Positions 27,408 to 39,267 of a stretch of DNA of 64,000 nt are shown here, in pieces (position 1 is the stretch's first letter; each line of letters opens with the position of its first letter). The notes under the pieces are model-generated. The model searched no databases and was not told the origin of the DNA. It saw nothing but the letters and a program-made list of their open reading frames with translations. The translations under genes were made by a program, and so were the position numbers. Source of the stretch: Amoeboaphelidium protococcarum X5 (taxonomy: Eukaryota; Fungi; Aphelidiomycota); contig JALDTO010000237.1 in NCBI GenBank assembly GCA_023515725.1, positions 124,001 to 188,000 on the forward strand. The letters run 5' to 3'.

Positions 27408-27521
27408 AATAAGTCTTAGTGTGTATGTGCCGGTGTCAATGTCCCTCATGAGACTACTTTAGTATGACTGTATGTGCATCTTCATTGTCCTGAAGGGTTT
27501 CTGTATATGGTGTTTTAATGA
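27408..27521 (+). pseudogene. ATG5: Duplicated 3' fragment of ATG5 with premature TGA
   Basis: KSQCVCAGVNVPHETTLV*LYVHLHCPEGFLYMVFQ* aligns with the ATG5 C-terminus at about 25365-25478, with TGG changed to TGA. Confidence 0.85.
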
Positions 27522-27726
27522 TTATCGTCTAAACATTGATTTTTGAGTTACCTTCATTATACCAATGATACTTACTCAGTTTGTTACTACAATTTCATTT
27601 CTCCGTGACATTTCCTGGGTTACTTCTATAAACTGTTTGGCCGTAATAAGGTGATATCTTAGGGACAGGATTATATTTAGTAAGTGGAGACAAAGATAAT
27701 GCAGAGAGTGGAGTGACAAAAACTGA

Positions 27727-27817
27727 TGCTCCCGGGCAGGATCGAACTGCCGACCTTCGCGTAACCAAATCTAACGGATTTATAAGCACGACGCTCTACC
27801 AGATAAGCTACAGGAGT
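27727..27817 (-). tRNA. tRNA-Ile(UAU) with 18-nt intron (27763-27780)
   Basis: Cloverleaf ACTCCTG-TA-GCTTATCTGGTAGAGC-G-TCGTG-CT-TAT-A[intron]A-CGCGA-AGGTC-GGCAGTTCGATCCTGCC-CGGGAGC-A gives a 73-nt mature tRNA. A T5 Pol III terminator lies 4 nt downstream. Confidence 0.93.
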
Positions 27818-28508
27818 CCATCAAATCACAAACTGTTAGCACACGCGTCGATCAAGTATCAACAACTGACTCTGTGGGGCTTAGTTGATCAACATTGTTT
27901 CAAGTGCGCGCCTCTCTCATCATTGACGTCTCGAATAGGCAAGTATCTGCAGTATATTTGCGCGCCACTTATGAACATTGATTTCTTCCACTTAACGTGT
28001 TAATAGAGTATTTATCTTATTAACATATTTTATCTTCCTGTACTTCTGTTGGTGTCTCTGTTTGACTCTTAATCTTTGTATATAGCTTCCCGTTTGTCCC
28101 TATTGTGTTTATAGTCTGTCCAAGAGTATCAAAACGGAATAGGCTATTTAAGATTTTAAACAAATTCTAAATTGTTTCTTTACTTCATCAGTTGCTCGGT
28201 AATTCATGCCTGCAAATAAAAAGCATCAGAATTCTTGTGTAGTTCGAGTGCGTTCTACGACGTGACGTTAATTCCAGTCGTGCCTTCTATGATTATCTGC
28301 ATAATATACCAAGACTTGCTTCATACCACAGAGCTGAAGTATTTTTTTGTAAATAATTGATTGACAGTGATTGGATCTTTATTTGAATTGTTTCAACCAG
28401 TCTATTTTTAAGCTGCGCCACTAATCTGCAGTCTGATTTGCCTTAAATTCTTATCCTCTTGTTTAAATAATACTCAGCATATACTTATCGTACAGTAGAC
28501 ATCGAACA

Positions 28509-30742
28509 ATGGATAGTAAAGGGAGAACTATTAAATTACCGTTTGATCAATATGTATAACGCCTGCCCCATGATTACCGCCAAAATTTACTGGAATTTTG
28601 TTCAAATCTATGGCGCCTTATTCCAGAGGCTGGTGCGTTGGTAATGATCTATATATACGCGTTTTTGGAAAATGCTGCCATTACTGCTGTTTGCCCCGAT
28701 TTATCTGCTACTACTATTATAGATATCTTCTTATCTTGCGGTGTATAAGTAGATAAAGTGTAGAAAGGCGATACGAGTCCGTCCAGTTGTTGGATAAGGA
28801 GTGATCTACACAGAAATGCTTGGAATCAGTGGTTGGTTGCACGTGATATCAACATACCATATGCGTAGATCGCGATAGCTGGAACAAAAGTGTTTATATC
28901 ATTGCATAATAGTATGTTAAGCAGTGTATGGTTTAGATAGACGTCAACATCTACAATAGGGTGCGTACCTACTTTGTTAACTCAGTCTAACGAGTGGATA
29001 CCGAGAAAGCCGTTATACTTCAGGATTTGGTAGGCTTCTGGCTTGAGAAAATTAATAATAAAACTATGGTCTCCCTGGATGCTCACAACATTGTCCAGTT
29101 CCTAGATGCCGACAACGCTAACGAACTTGAAGATTTAGTAAGACAGCTCAACCAGATCTACTTAACTATATTCAATAAGGCCAGTATGACAACGAGCAAT
29201 GAACTTTTTACGGGCGTTAATAGCAGTAACTGGTAAACTTATCTGCGGCTGATGCACTTTATCCAATAGTTTTATCATGCAAATGGTTTGGCAATGTTCA
29301 ATATCTGTCCGGATTTCAAGTTGGCGCCATTTCACATAACTCTTAGCAAAACTAACGCCAAGACCACCAAAGTTTTTGAAGCAACTGGGGAGCAGAGTCT
29401 GGATAACTTTGCGTCAATTTTTGACTCGCTAGTGGTAGAGAAGTATTAGAGGTATGACGAGTTCTATACCGACATGTATTCTGTATCCGTCCCTTGTCAT
29501 ACAAAATCAAAAGAGGATGCTAGTGGCTAGTAGATTACACAGCCAGCTTAAAGCAGCAGTTCTACTAGTTAAGCAAGAGAGCCGGCCCTTGCCCCGGGAT
29601 CGAAATTCAAGGCACGTAGGCTGAAGAACCAGAAGACTTGGTGACATTCGAGCTATCGACTAGTAAGAGGAGACTTAGAAGTGATACCTCTGCCAACCCA
29701 TAGAAAAGGTAAAGAAAGTCTCTGCAGTAGATGTATCGCCAAGGAGATGATTGTCCAGGTGACCCAAGTGATTTGGAATTCGCACAAGGCTAATAAGAAT
29801 TGGTAATTCATTTGGGAGATTATTAGCTTTGGGAAGAGGATGATCAAAATGAGATTTCCGATGAACTTGAGGACTTACTCGACGAGATTCCTGATGATGA
29901 GGAGATAGGTGATGCTCCAGAACAGGAATATAGAAGAGATCACAGGTGGCTTAATAATCCAGCATTTCCTCAGATTGATATTACTGATCCTGATCTGACT
30001 TTCGTGGGAATAGATCCTGGAGTGGTGTTCAGGGCGACTAGCTGCATTATCAAGGCTTCTCCTGGAAATGATGTACTGCAAACTTTGCAATCTTCTGACA
30101 AGAACGCAATCCCGTCTGTGATGCTGAATTCATAAGAGTTTCGAGCTAGAATCAGGGCGGAATTGAGCTAATAAGACAGAGAGCTATCAGAGGATGTATT
30201 TGCGCAGCCAAAATATTGCTTCAATGTGGAGATGTGCAAGCGTAAATCTGCCAATGCAGCTGTAGTTACTAATGAACGAACGCCCCCTATATCTGGATCT
30301 CTCCGTTCAGAAGGCCAAGTTCACGAAATATCTTTTAAAGGGAGTTATCTTAAAAGAGTATGCTGCAAGACTGGTTGGCCTTAATTCGTTTGACGACAGC
30401 AGAAAGAAGAAGATTGTGGTGTTTTGGGGAAGTTCAGGGATAAAGAGATTTGGACGTGTCTTTCTTCCGGGTGGTAGATATCATCCGGCTTGCAAGTAGT
30501 TGCTCCAATATGTTCAGCAGATGGCAACTGTATACGTTAGCCATGAGAAAGGTACGTCTAATCATTGCAGTGACTGTGAATAGAGGGTCGTTAGAAGGAG
30601 AACTGCAGAGCGAGACGTTGTTACTTGCGGAAACTGCCATTTGGTGATAAATGGAGATGTGAATGCTGCAATCAATATCATTAAAATTGGACTCACTATG
30701 GCTACTAACCATGGTATGTTTCCGATGTAGTTCACGCTATGA
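28509..30742 (+). mobile_element. Fanzor1-like (TnpB/Cas12-family) RNA-guided endonuclease gene; three frame transitions (introns and/or frameshifts)
   Basis: With TAR=Gln: FNICP..(H)ITL and FYTDMYSVSV (WED-like), RuvC-I FVGIDPG (about 30001-30021), IVVFWG, RuvC-II SHEKGTS, zinc finger CSDC...CGNC, RuvC-III GDVNAAINI, and TGA at 30740-30742. Confidence 0.88.
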
Positions 30743-30847
30743 AACTTGAAATTCAATATACTCTCATGTCATAACATCCCGGTCTTCTCTCTCGGCCTAC
30801 GCAGTACTTTACTATAGCATCATTATATTCCAAAGGTTTCGAGCAAA

Positions 30848-31348
30848 TGCGTTTCAACTGCCAGAACGCAGTTTTTGATCGCGACACGTCAGACACTCTC
30901 TACTTTATCAGTAAATTTGGCGATAATTCTCACGGGACTTGAGGTTCTTGAGGCCAACCGGTCAAGCAGTTGTCACCGTCGATCAACTTCTCGTGAGTTG
31001 TTTGTACGAGTCGCTGTGACCCACCGGCCTTAAAGAATGTTTCGTTGCATCGTGAAGCCGAAGATTTCCAGTGTCTGAGAGGAAAAGTTTTAAATCCGAT
31101 CACGAACTGGTAAAATCGTCAAAGGCCTAACGGTGTAAAGGCTCAAGTCTGACACTCCCTAACGGGTGGTAAGGACCGTTTATGTCTGTTGTAACGAACT
31201 ATATGCGGCAGATCCAGGTTCAGTGATGTTCATTGCTTGCTGTTCGTGCATTCTGATGAATATAAAGCGTCATTCCCCGGCCTTTGGGCCAAACCCGGTG
31301 TCATTGCGGGCTTTCTAGTGGCCACTTAAGTGTGGTAAGCTCGACGCC
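30848..31348 (+). ncRNA. Structured non-coding region downstream of Fanzor, candidate omegaRNA (3' module about 31273-31348)
   Basis: Nested complementary pairs 30869-81/31097-109, 30889-97/31070-78, 30916-21/31057-62, 30930-35/31050-55 and 30944-55/31026-38. The 3' module has a GGCC-TTTG-GGCC hairpin and GGTGTC/GACGCC, CGGGCTT/AAGCTCG and GCCAC/GTGGT stems. Confidence 0.6.
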
Positions 31349-31562
31349 TTTTTAAAATCTACAGTCCCTTGTCGACAAGGCCAAGTGGATGAACCATTTA
31401 TAATGAGCCTTCTGCAGCAGAGTAAGTAAAAGAAGAGACGAAGAGATGATTTCGAAAGCTCCAAGTCAAAACAATTCTTGTTTCGTTCTCCGTTTTCTTC
31501 TTTCCCGTTGCAGAAAGTAAAAGGAACGATAATCACTTAGCACAGTACTATTGTTGGAGAAA

Positions 31563-32812
31563 ATGTCAGACAACGGCAGCAATATCGACGGTATTTACAT
31601 TATCATCTCTACAGACAATAATAATAATTATAATTCACAGCCATAGTACAGCGACGGCGACGGCGACTTGTTGTGTATACAGTCTATGCGTACACGATGC
31701 AACCACGTCTGAGCAGTATTATAATTAACACCGTGCAGAGAGCAGAGATGACCGCGACAGATCCCGCTCACCTCAGAACAACCGCAGGGATGACAGCGAT
31801 AGTGAACATGCACCTGCAGCAGCGAAATAGAATAGATCACGCAGTCCTTTGAAGAAGCAGTACAATGCTGGTGGTGGTGGTGGCGATGAATAAGACGGTG
31901 GTAATCAAAGTGCTGGAGATAGAGATGACGGTCGTGGTGGTAGTAGTTCTCATCGCTCTGATGATAGACATGAAAAGTAAGTTAATCCTATTGGTATGTC
32001 GCCTGTCATTTACACAATCTAAACATTGAGTGTAGTAATCCTGGTAATAATCTGTTTGTCACTCATATGAGTAAAGACACGAAGGAGGAGGATATGGAAG
32101 AGGCCTTTTCTCGCTATGGAATTGTAAGATTAGATAAAGCTTGCATTTAATTGAATTGTGTACATGATCATTCATATATCATCTTATTATGTAGGTGCAA
32201 GATTGCAAGATTGTGAAAGATCCCAATACTAGAGAATCTCGTGGCTTTGGATTTATCGCTATGGAGAGTGTTAGCCAGGCTGAGGCTGCTCTGGAGGCTC
32301 TGAATGGTTATGAGTTGAATGGTAGTAAGATTATCGTGTAGAAGGCTCGTCGTAATCGTGCTAGATCTCCTACTCCTGGCCAGTATCGTGGTATTGCAAC
32401 TAAACGGCGTGAACGTCCTCATTATCGTCCATATTCTAGTGGCGGCGGTCATGGTAGAGACCATCATCATTAGTAGTAGTAGTAGCCTTATGGTATGCGC
32501 CCACCAGCTCCATAAATGTATGATCCGTACGGTTATGGAATTCCTCCTAATCCGTATATGGTTCCTCCACCACAGGCTTATCCACCACAGTTTGCACCAT
32601 AAGGACCGAGATATTAAATGCGCCCGCCTCCTTATCCTTATGGACATGATCCGCAGCGTCCACCACCGCCGCCAACCATGTATGGTAATATGAATATGGT
32701 CAGTCCGCCATCAATGCCTCAGAGTGGTGGTGGTGGTAGAAGGCCGCCTAATTATGCATCCATTGATGGTGGGATGCCTCAACACTAGTATTAGCCGTAT
32801 GGTTAGCAGTGA
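31563..32812 (+). CDS. Tra2/SR45a-like RRM splicing factor; introns 31977-32035, 32124-32194 and probably one more near the 5' end
   Basis: RS-rich N-terminus (RSRSP), RNP2 NNLFV, RNP1 RGFGFI, RARSPTPGQYRG after the RRM, and a Pro/Tyr-rich tail. The 5' exon structure is uncertain. Confidence 0.82.
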
Positions 32813-32956
32813 TAACAGTTAAGTCTATGGATTACTAGCGGTTTGAATACTAATGAAGAGAGAGAGAGAGAGAGACAATAACTAATAATTAATTTTAAAA
32901 GAAAATATCAGCTTTATTATAGTATTTTCGCAGTTGAGCTCGATATTAAAGACCAT

Positions 32957-35948
32957 TCAGCAGCATCTGCAAGCACGTTCTTATGCATACTTTAGTAGAT
33001 AGATGCAACTTCCTATAAAACGTATAGCTGTCAGGCCCAAAAAGGACCAGAACATGACAGCCAGGAATGGATTAGAATCAGCATTGGTGCCACCAAGTTT
33101 GGCAGATAGCTGTTCATTGGTCAGCACGGCAATCAGGAGCGCATTAGAAAAGAGCCATGTCAGCACAATTCTGGTCCTGAACGTCTTATACCAATCCTCA
33201 AGCTTTGTTGCAACGTCACGCTTAGGTTCTTCTTCAGGCACATCGCCCATCCTGGCCTTCTGCTCAAAATGCCGTAGCCACTGGTCATAGACAGAGTTAA
33301 GGGCTCCCTTATCAGCAATGTTTTCAAACGGCAACTCAACATCCACCGACTGGCCACCTTTGCCATCATCGCCAGTCTTGGAAATGTTGGCACTTCCCAA
33401 TTTGGCTGGCTTATTATCACCCTTGGTTCCCCAAGACACGTCTGATATGTTACAGAACGCGTAGATAGGCAGAACATTTATAAATGTCGGCGATAGGAAC
33501 GTGTACTATATGAACGATGTAAACATATGCCACGGATCACCATGCAACAGCGATATCACCAGATACAAACCATAGCTCGCAACCACAGTAATAAATATGT
33601 CTCTAAACGTTGCCGAGGTGACCAGAGCTTGACTAAATGCTTGCGCGCCATTCAAATTAGGATTCTGCGCAGTAATCTACTGGAAAGTCTAATCAATAGC
33701 CTTACCAATAGTCCAACCGAGAAGAAAGATCATCAGCGCCATAATGAATGCAAATAGAACGATGGTGAATGCATATATACCACGACTGCCTTAAGGCCGG
33801 TTACCAAGGGATGCAATAACAATCATAATTATGGTGGCAATGTAGATCTACCTCACAATCTGAAATACATAATCGCCAAACCTCTAACCATTAATTACGA
33901 AAGGATCATTACCATTAATCACATTCTAGGACAAGTAGAAGAATGTGAGGTAGAATAGAGATATACCAAACCAAGTAAAGATCACATTAATGATGTTATA
34001 AAGCATCTGCAACTGAAAAAGCCATTTCTACGCGAATGAATGCCCCGTATTCCAAATCTTGAACCAATGACCAATAGAGTAGAACATTGCAAACAGAGAT
34101 CCATTCAACCATCTACGACGCTGGGATATAAACTCTGGAATACCCTCTGGCACATCTGTGGTAGCAGAGGCACTCTTGACATATTTGAGCTTCCAAGCGC
34201 ACCTGGCCTTGGCCACCAGCTCAAAGCATAAAACACGATCCTCTGCCAAGTACATGTTAGCCTTAAAAATGTTCGCCGAACCATCATGCAGCTTTTCACC
34301 TTCAAAGTAGGATGCGAGAGGTCCATGACCAGGCATATCATTCAGAAGAGCCGAGTAACGATACGCACTAAATGCTCCAGGCAGCACCGAGATGTATCCA
34401 AACACAGATTCCAACGGCTTATCCAAAATGTTGCTCATCTTGTACTCAAAGTTTTACGCACCCACCAGAGGATTGAACACTTTCACACAGCCTTTACCCA
34501 ATTCCGCCTTAATTTCACCACAAGCACCACCCAGATTAGGATCAGTCTCAAACGATTTCCACAAATGATACAATGAACTAGTCGATGGCTTAGTTCCAGC
34601 ATCAATCAGGACACAAACCTCTGGATTAAAAATGGGGCAGAATGCATTGAAAAACCAGCGATGGCTATTCAACTTCTTCTTATTCTCCTCCTTCAGAACG
34701 AACATCATCTACACAGGCACGCCACTCTTCTTCACACGACCCAGTTCATCGACAGTCACCTGACAGGTATACTCGAATACGTGAGCCGAGACTTTGCCAG
34801 TATTCTCATGCGAGGAGTGATGGCTGGAAGAAGTCTTGTACTTGTCCTGCTGCTGCTGCTACATAGACGGATAATTCTGAGGTACCATAACGTGATCCTT
34901 CATAATTCCCTCCTAATAAAGACCCATCAGACCAAGCAGTTTCAAAGTCTCCTTGTGTATCTTATTACGTCCATCAGCTACAATACACAACACCACTTTC
35001 TTCCATCCTTCTGGTCCCCATGTACGGCTTCTATCACGAGCGCACAGATACTAGATATTCTTAATCAGTGAACTGATTGATCTACTGACCAACTCTGGAC
35101 CTTCATTGTACAGTGTCATACATACAAACATTACAGTCTCACGACCATACAGATGCGGACGAAGAGTGTAATTCTGCGCCATAAATGAGTCTGGTATGTT
35201 ACAGGTCACCGCCGAGTAACGCATCACGTTGAATTCCTCCTCCTACTTTACATTTATAAAATTGAGTAAAGCATCTGGAATCGGACAATTCAACACCAGA
35301 TTTCCTCTGAACAGCTCAATCTTCCGCACAGTCTTCTTACGAACAATCACAGAGTTGGTGGATTAATCTCGAGATCTAACATCACTGCTCTAATCAGACA
35401 TGTAACCATTGTTGCTATAGTCGCTATTCATATGCTAATATGTAGGAGGCTTCCTACTAACATTCTACGGCACTTATTACTACTATTACTAGAAACCATA
35501 TTCATCCACCTGCATTGCAGTGTGATCTTATCTACGAGGCCTAGCAACACCTGGACTACGACGACCATAATCATCCATATCAGACGGGCGAGATCGATTA
35601 CTGTTGGAACGGTCTCTACCACCACCACCAACGCCTGGCTGCTAATAGGCCATGATCGCAGGTGGTGGAGCTGGCAACTAATCACTACTTGACTAATTAC
35701 TCTTGTATAATTTCTCGTCACTATACTAACGCTAACTCATCGGAATCGACTCCTGACTACTATTGGCACTGCCATTGAGTTATTGCTACTACTAGTATTA
35801 TCGCCTAGGTGGCGGAGGAGATCCATTAGATGTACCCACAAGATTCTCGTTACTTCTACACACACAACGATTAGAGAAAAGACACTCGGATAAGTCAATA
35901 AATAGGTAGAAATTCTTACTAGTTGAGGTACTACCGTCTATTATTCAT
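32957..35948 (-). CDS. CHS: Chitin synthase (division 1, class I-III type); intron near the 5' end
   Basis: [26 protein letters not shown], [TAA][52 protein letters not shown] and DVSWGTKG. Confidence 0.96.
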
Positions 35949-36333
35949 CTCTTCAATCCAAAATAGGTCTTAAAACGGTATATTGAAAAGATAAAAGAGG
36001 CAATAAATTAATAATCAACAGTTGTTATTATTACACAGAAGATAGATAGACAGAGAGGAATAGAATTGTTACTGATCAAACTTTGGTTGCCTTCGTTTCT
36101 CGCTGATCTCTCTTGGCTGGGCGTTGTTCTTCGTTGCAGCTGATCAAATTGAATTTCCGAACGGGCGCAGATTCGTTTCTGCTTGGCAGGGGCAGCCACC
36201 AGTTAGGTCGCCTATGCGTATTGTTCATTAATCACTCACTCACTGTATATGCTCCGAAAATCGTCACACTACGCTGAAAGGAGGGGGAAGCCTCATCACG
36301 CTACAATTAAATGTTAATTTTTACAATAGTTAT

Positions 36334-37410
36334 TCACAATTCTTTTACTATAGATGATGCGTTAATGCCCACTGAAGTACGCGCGATAGAGTATCTAAAG
36401 TCAGGTCCAAATCGGATAAACATCCAAGTCCATATGAATACAATTACTGAAAGGAGAATGACAAACAACTGGCCCCACATTGAGCTGAGGGAACAGCAAT
36501 TTCTCATTGATTACCTCAATGCTTCGATGCGCGTTCTCGCCTTCTTTAATCGATTCTACTAGGTGTCCATCGACATGAGGATGTTAGAGTCCACCAGGGC
36601 AATATCTGCATTAATCATCTCTTACTATCTGTATGCATTCCTCTTCATAATGTTAGATCCTGCAAGCAATTACTGGGTCAACTCCTCGGCAATTTTGCGA
36701 TTATATTCACCTTCAGACATTTTGAGATTCTGACTATTATTAAAACTACCACCATCTTAATAGAGTAATTCATCACGTTCACGTAAATGGCCAACATTCA
36801 ATCGCTTCATTGTAAAGCTAGGACTTTTCACAAAATGAGGTGTTTACTTGGAGTAATTCTATACACTTCCACTACCACCATTATTATTATTATTTTCGCC
36901 CGTTGCTTGATCTTTATTATCGCTCTTGGTAGCATTACTTCTATCTGCGAATAGAGGTGCTTCAACTTGACAAAACTAGAAAATCTATAAACTGGAAGAT
37001 TATTACTCTAATCCCAGTTATGCATTTTACTATTAGTACTATTATTATCTCTCGGCCATCTCTAGATCGAGAACAATATCTAATAGTCGTTTACAATTCC
37101 GCCTATATTACGCTAGTCTGTCCTGATTCACCTGATGTTGATACTTTTCAGCTATACTCTGTTGTTATAGATACTCGCAGTATTTCTCGCATTATAGAAG
37201 ATAAGCTTTCAACTTTTATACAGTGATTGAGCACACACCTCCCGTACTGGGGACGGTCATTTGCAACTCAATTCTACCACCTTTACTACTCTTGCCGCCA
37301 CTTGCATTCTGCACCATCTGAGATACCATCCATTCGCACCTATTAAGTAATCGCACCAAATTTACTGCACTCTACAAAACTATATTATTATCTGAATCTT
37401 TATCTGCCAT
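36334..37410 (-). CDS. USE1: Qc-SNARE USE1-like
   Basis: N-terminal VNLVRLLNRCE, SNARE coil KIAEELTQQLL...MKRNA...RLKKARTRIE, and a C-terminal TM ending FIRFGP. 358 aa with TAR=Gln. Confidence 0.75.
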
Positions 37411-37683
37411 ATTATTAAAGTCTATTCTGCTTCAGATGGAAACTCTCAAGCAGAGGGGGAACTCTCACGCTTTCTTTCTCTTTTTACTGCAGAAGACCAG
37501 CCAAAGAGCGCTTTTAAGCTAAAGCCATCCTCGACGCGTTTGAGTTGTTCTTTCTCTCTTTCTCTTTCGTTCGTTTCTCTTTACCCCGCGACTCGTTAGT
37601 TCGTTCTTTCTTTCTCTTTATCGTACATCCCTGTTGGTGACGGAGAGAGTTAACTGTGTCATTGATTTTAAGTTCTGATTTGG

Positions 37684-39267
37684 ATGCCGTTTATAAGGAG
37701 ATTGGTCAAGTATACTGTTGGTTTTACTACTGTGGGTGCCACTGGTGTTGTGGTAGTTACTGCAGAGTTCCCTCAGACTCGCCCGTACATCAGTCCATAG
37801 TTGGTTCCGTACTTGCAGGTGTCTCACAAGTATTATGCCAAGTCCAAGGATTTGTTTCTACATGCAGCAGGCTTGGAAAGTGCATCTAATATTGACATGG
37901 ATAGTTATTGGTCTACTGGGTCACACGCCTCCGAGTTGGGACGTGTAATTCCAAAGTCGGATGATGAAAATAGCTTCATGGCAAAGTGGGAGGATTTTCG
38001 CGTCAAGCTGAATGAGTGGAATCCATCAGATTAGATTAAAGGCTTGGTAGATCAAGTATAGGCGTAAGTAGCCAAGTTGACTGGATCTACTAGTGGCGTC
38101 GGTGACAGTGAACAAGCCTCTTCAAAGTCTAGAATTGATACTAAAAGTTAGTAATCGCAATCTGTGAATGTGAAAAAGTTGGATTAATCGACACCTGTGG
38201 ACAAATAAGCAAAGTAATTGCAATCTGTAGATATCAAATCAGTTGATGACTTTATGAAAGTGTTGAGTGTGATATCTGCAGAAATTAAGGATCGTCATGT
38301 TGTTGAGTATCTGTAGAGTCATTTGTAAAAGATGAAGGATTTGTCACTGCAACAACAACTGGAATAGGCCAAGAAAGGTGTAGAAAAATTGAAGGATTCG
38401 GCAGCTGTCAGTTAATTAGAGAAGCAAGTCTAGTAGTTGAATGAAGATTTGCTGAGGATGAAGAATGTGATTGAGAGTTAGAGAATTGCATCTGATGAAT
38501 TCTATGAAGAAGTTATTCGACTGAGATTGTAAGATTTGCGGGCGGAGTTGGAGAAGGAGTACCAGGAGTAGATGAAAACGCGTTTATCGATGGTTAAGAA
38601 GTAGTTTGATAGAAAAGTACGGCAGATGGTTGAAGTGGAGAGGGATGGTCGTCTGGCCAAGTTGGAAGAGTTGCAAACCAAGTTGAGTTAACTGGAGAAG
38701 GTGGCCTCGGCGAATAGTGAAGATTTTGGCTCTGTAAAGAATTTATTGCAGATGATCAAAGCATCTTATGCAAGAGATGATATTTCAGTGTACCTGAGTG
38801 ATAGTAAGACTGAGTAGAAAGACCAGTTTATTTAGTAGCTGGTAAAAGATGCCAAGTTGAAAGAGAAATAAATCCCAGAGTTGACAGTGCTTCAAGGTGA
38901 GTTTGCGCATGTCAAGAAGGAGGTTGAAAAGTATTAGTTTGCCAAGAGTGATGGTGGATTGTTATCTCTTTTTGTTTCTTATATGCTGTCTTACCTGACA
39001 TTCAGCAAAGATTTCTATCCTACGGAGGAATTGTCGAAGCAGTAGAATAAGGATACTTCTTAGCTATTGGCTATGGCTAATAGATATCTTCACCAGGGAA
39101 AGACGGTCGAAGCGTTAAAGTGCTTGTATTAGTTGGAAGGATGGTCATTTGAAGTTGCTCAGGATTTTGTGCTCATGCTGGAGAAGAGAGCCGAATATGA
39201 ATTACTGCAAAAGGCATAGAAGGCTCACGTTGCTCTTGAACTTGCCCGTAATTCGCCACTTTAGTGA
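37684..39267 (+). CDS. MIC60: MICOS subunit MIC60 (mitofilin)
   Basis: N-terminal TM, coiled coil with VERDGRLAKLEEL, GGLLSLFVSYMLSYLTF, and mitofilin-domain QLEGWSFEVAQDFV. Confidence 0.85.

Noticed and set aside
30848-31348. SRP RNA, group I intron, hammerhead ribozyme or U3 identity for the structured region
   Set aside because: I could not find the SRP helix 6/8 motifs or a P7-forming GACUA/UAGUC pair. CTGATGA at about 31253 lacks a matching GAAA. U3 box similarity is only partial.
28000-31400. TIRs or Helitron termini around the Fanzor
   Set aside because: Only a 10-nt AT-rich inverted match (AGATTTTAAA at about 28151) and a palindrome CCTTGTCGACAAGG (about 31367) were seen, which is insufficient to call ends.
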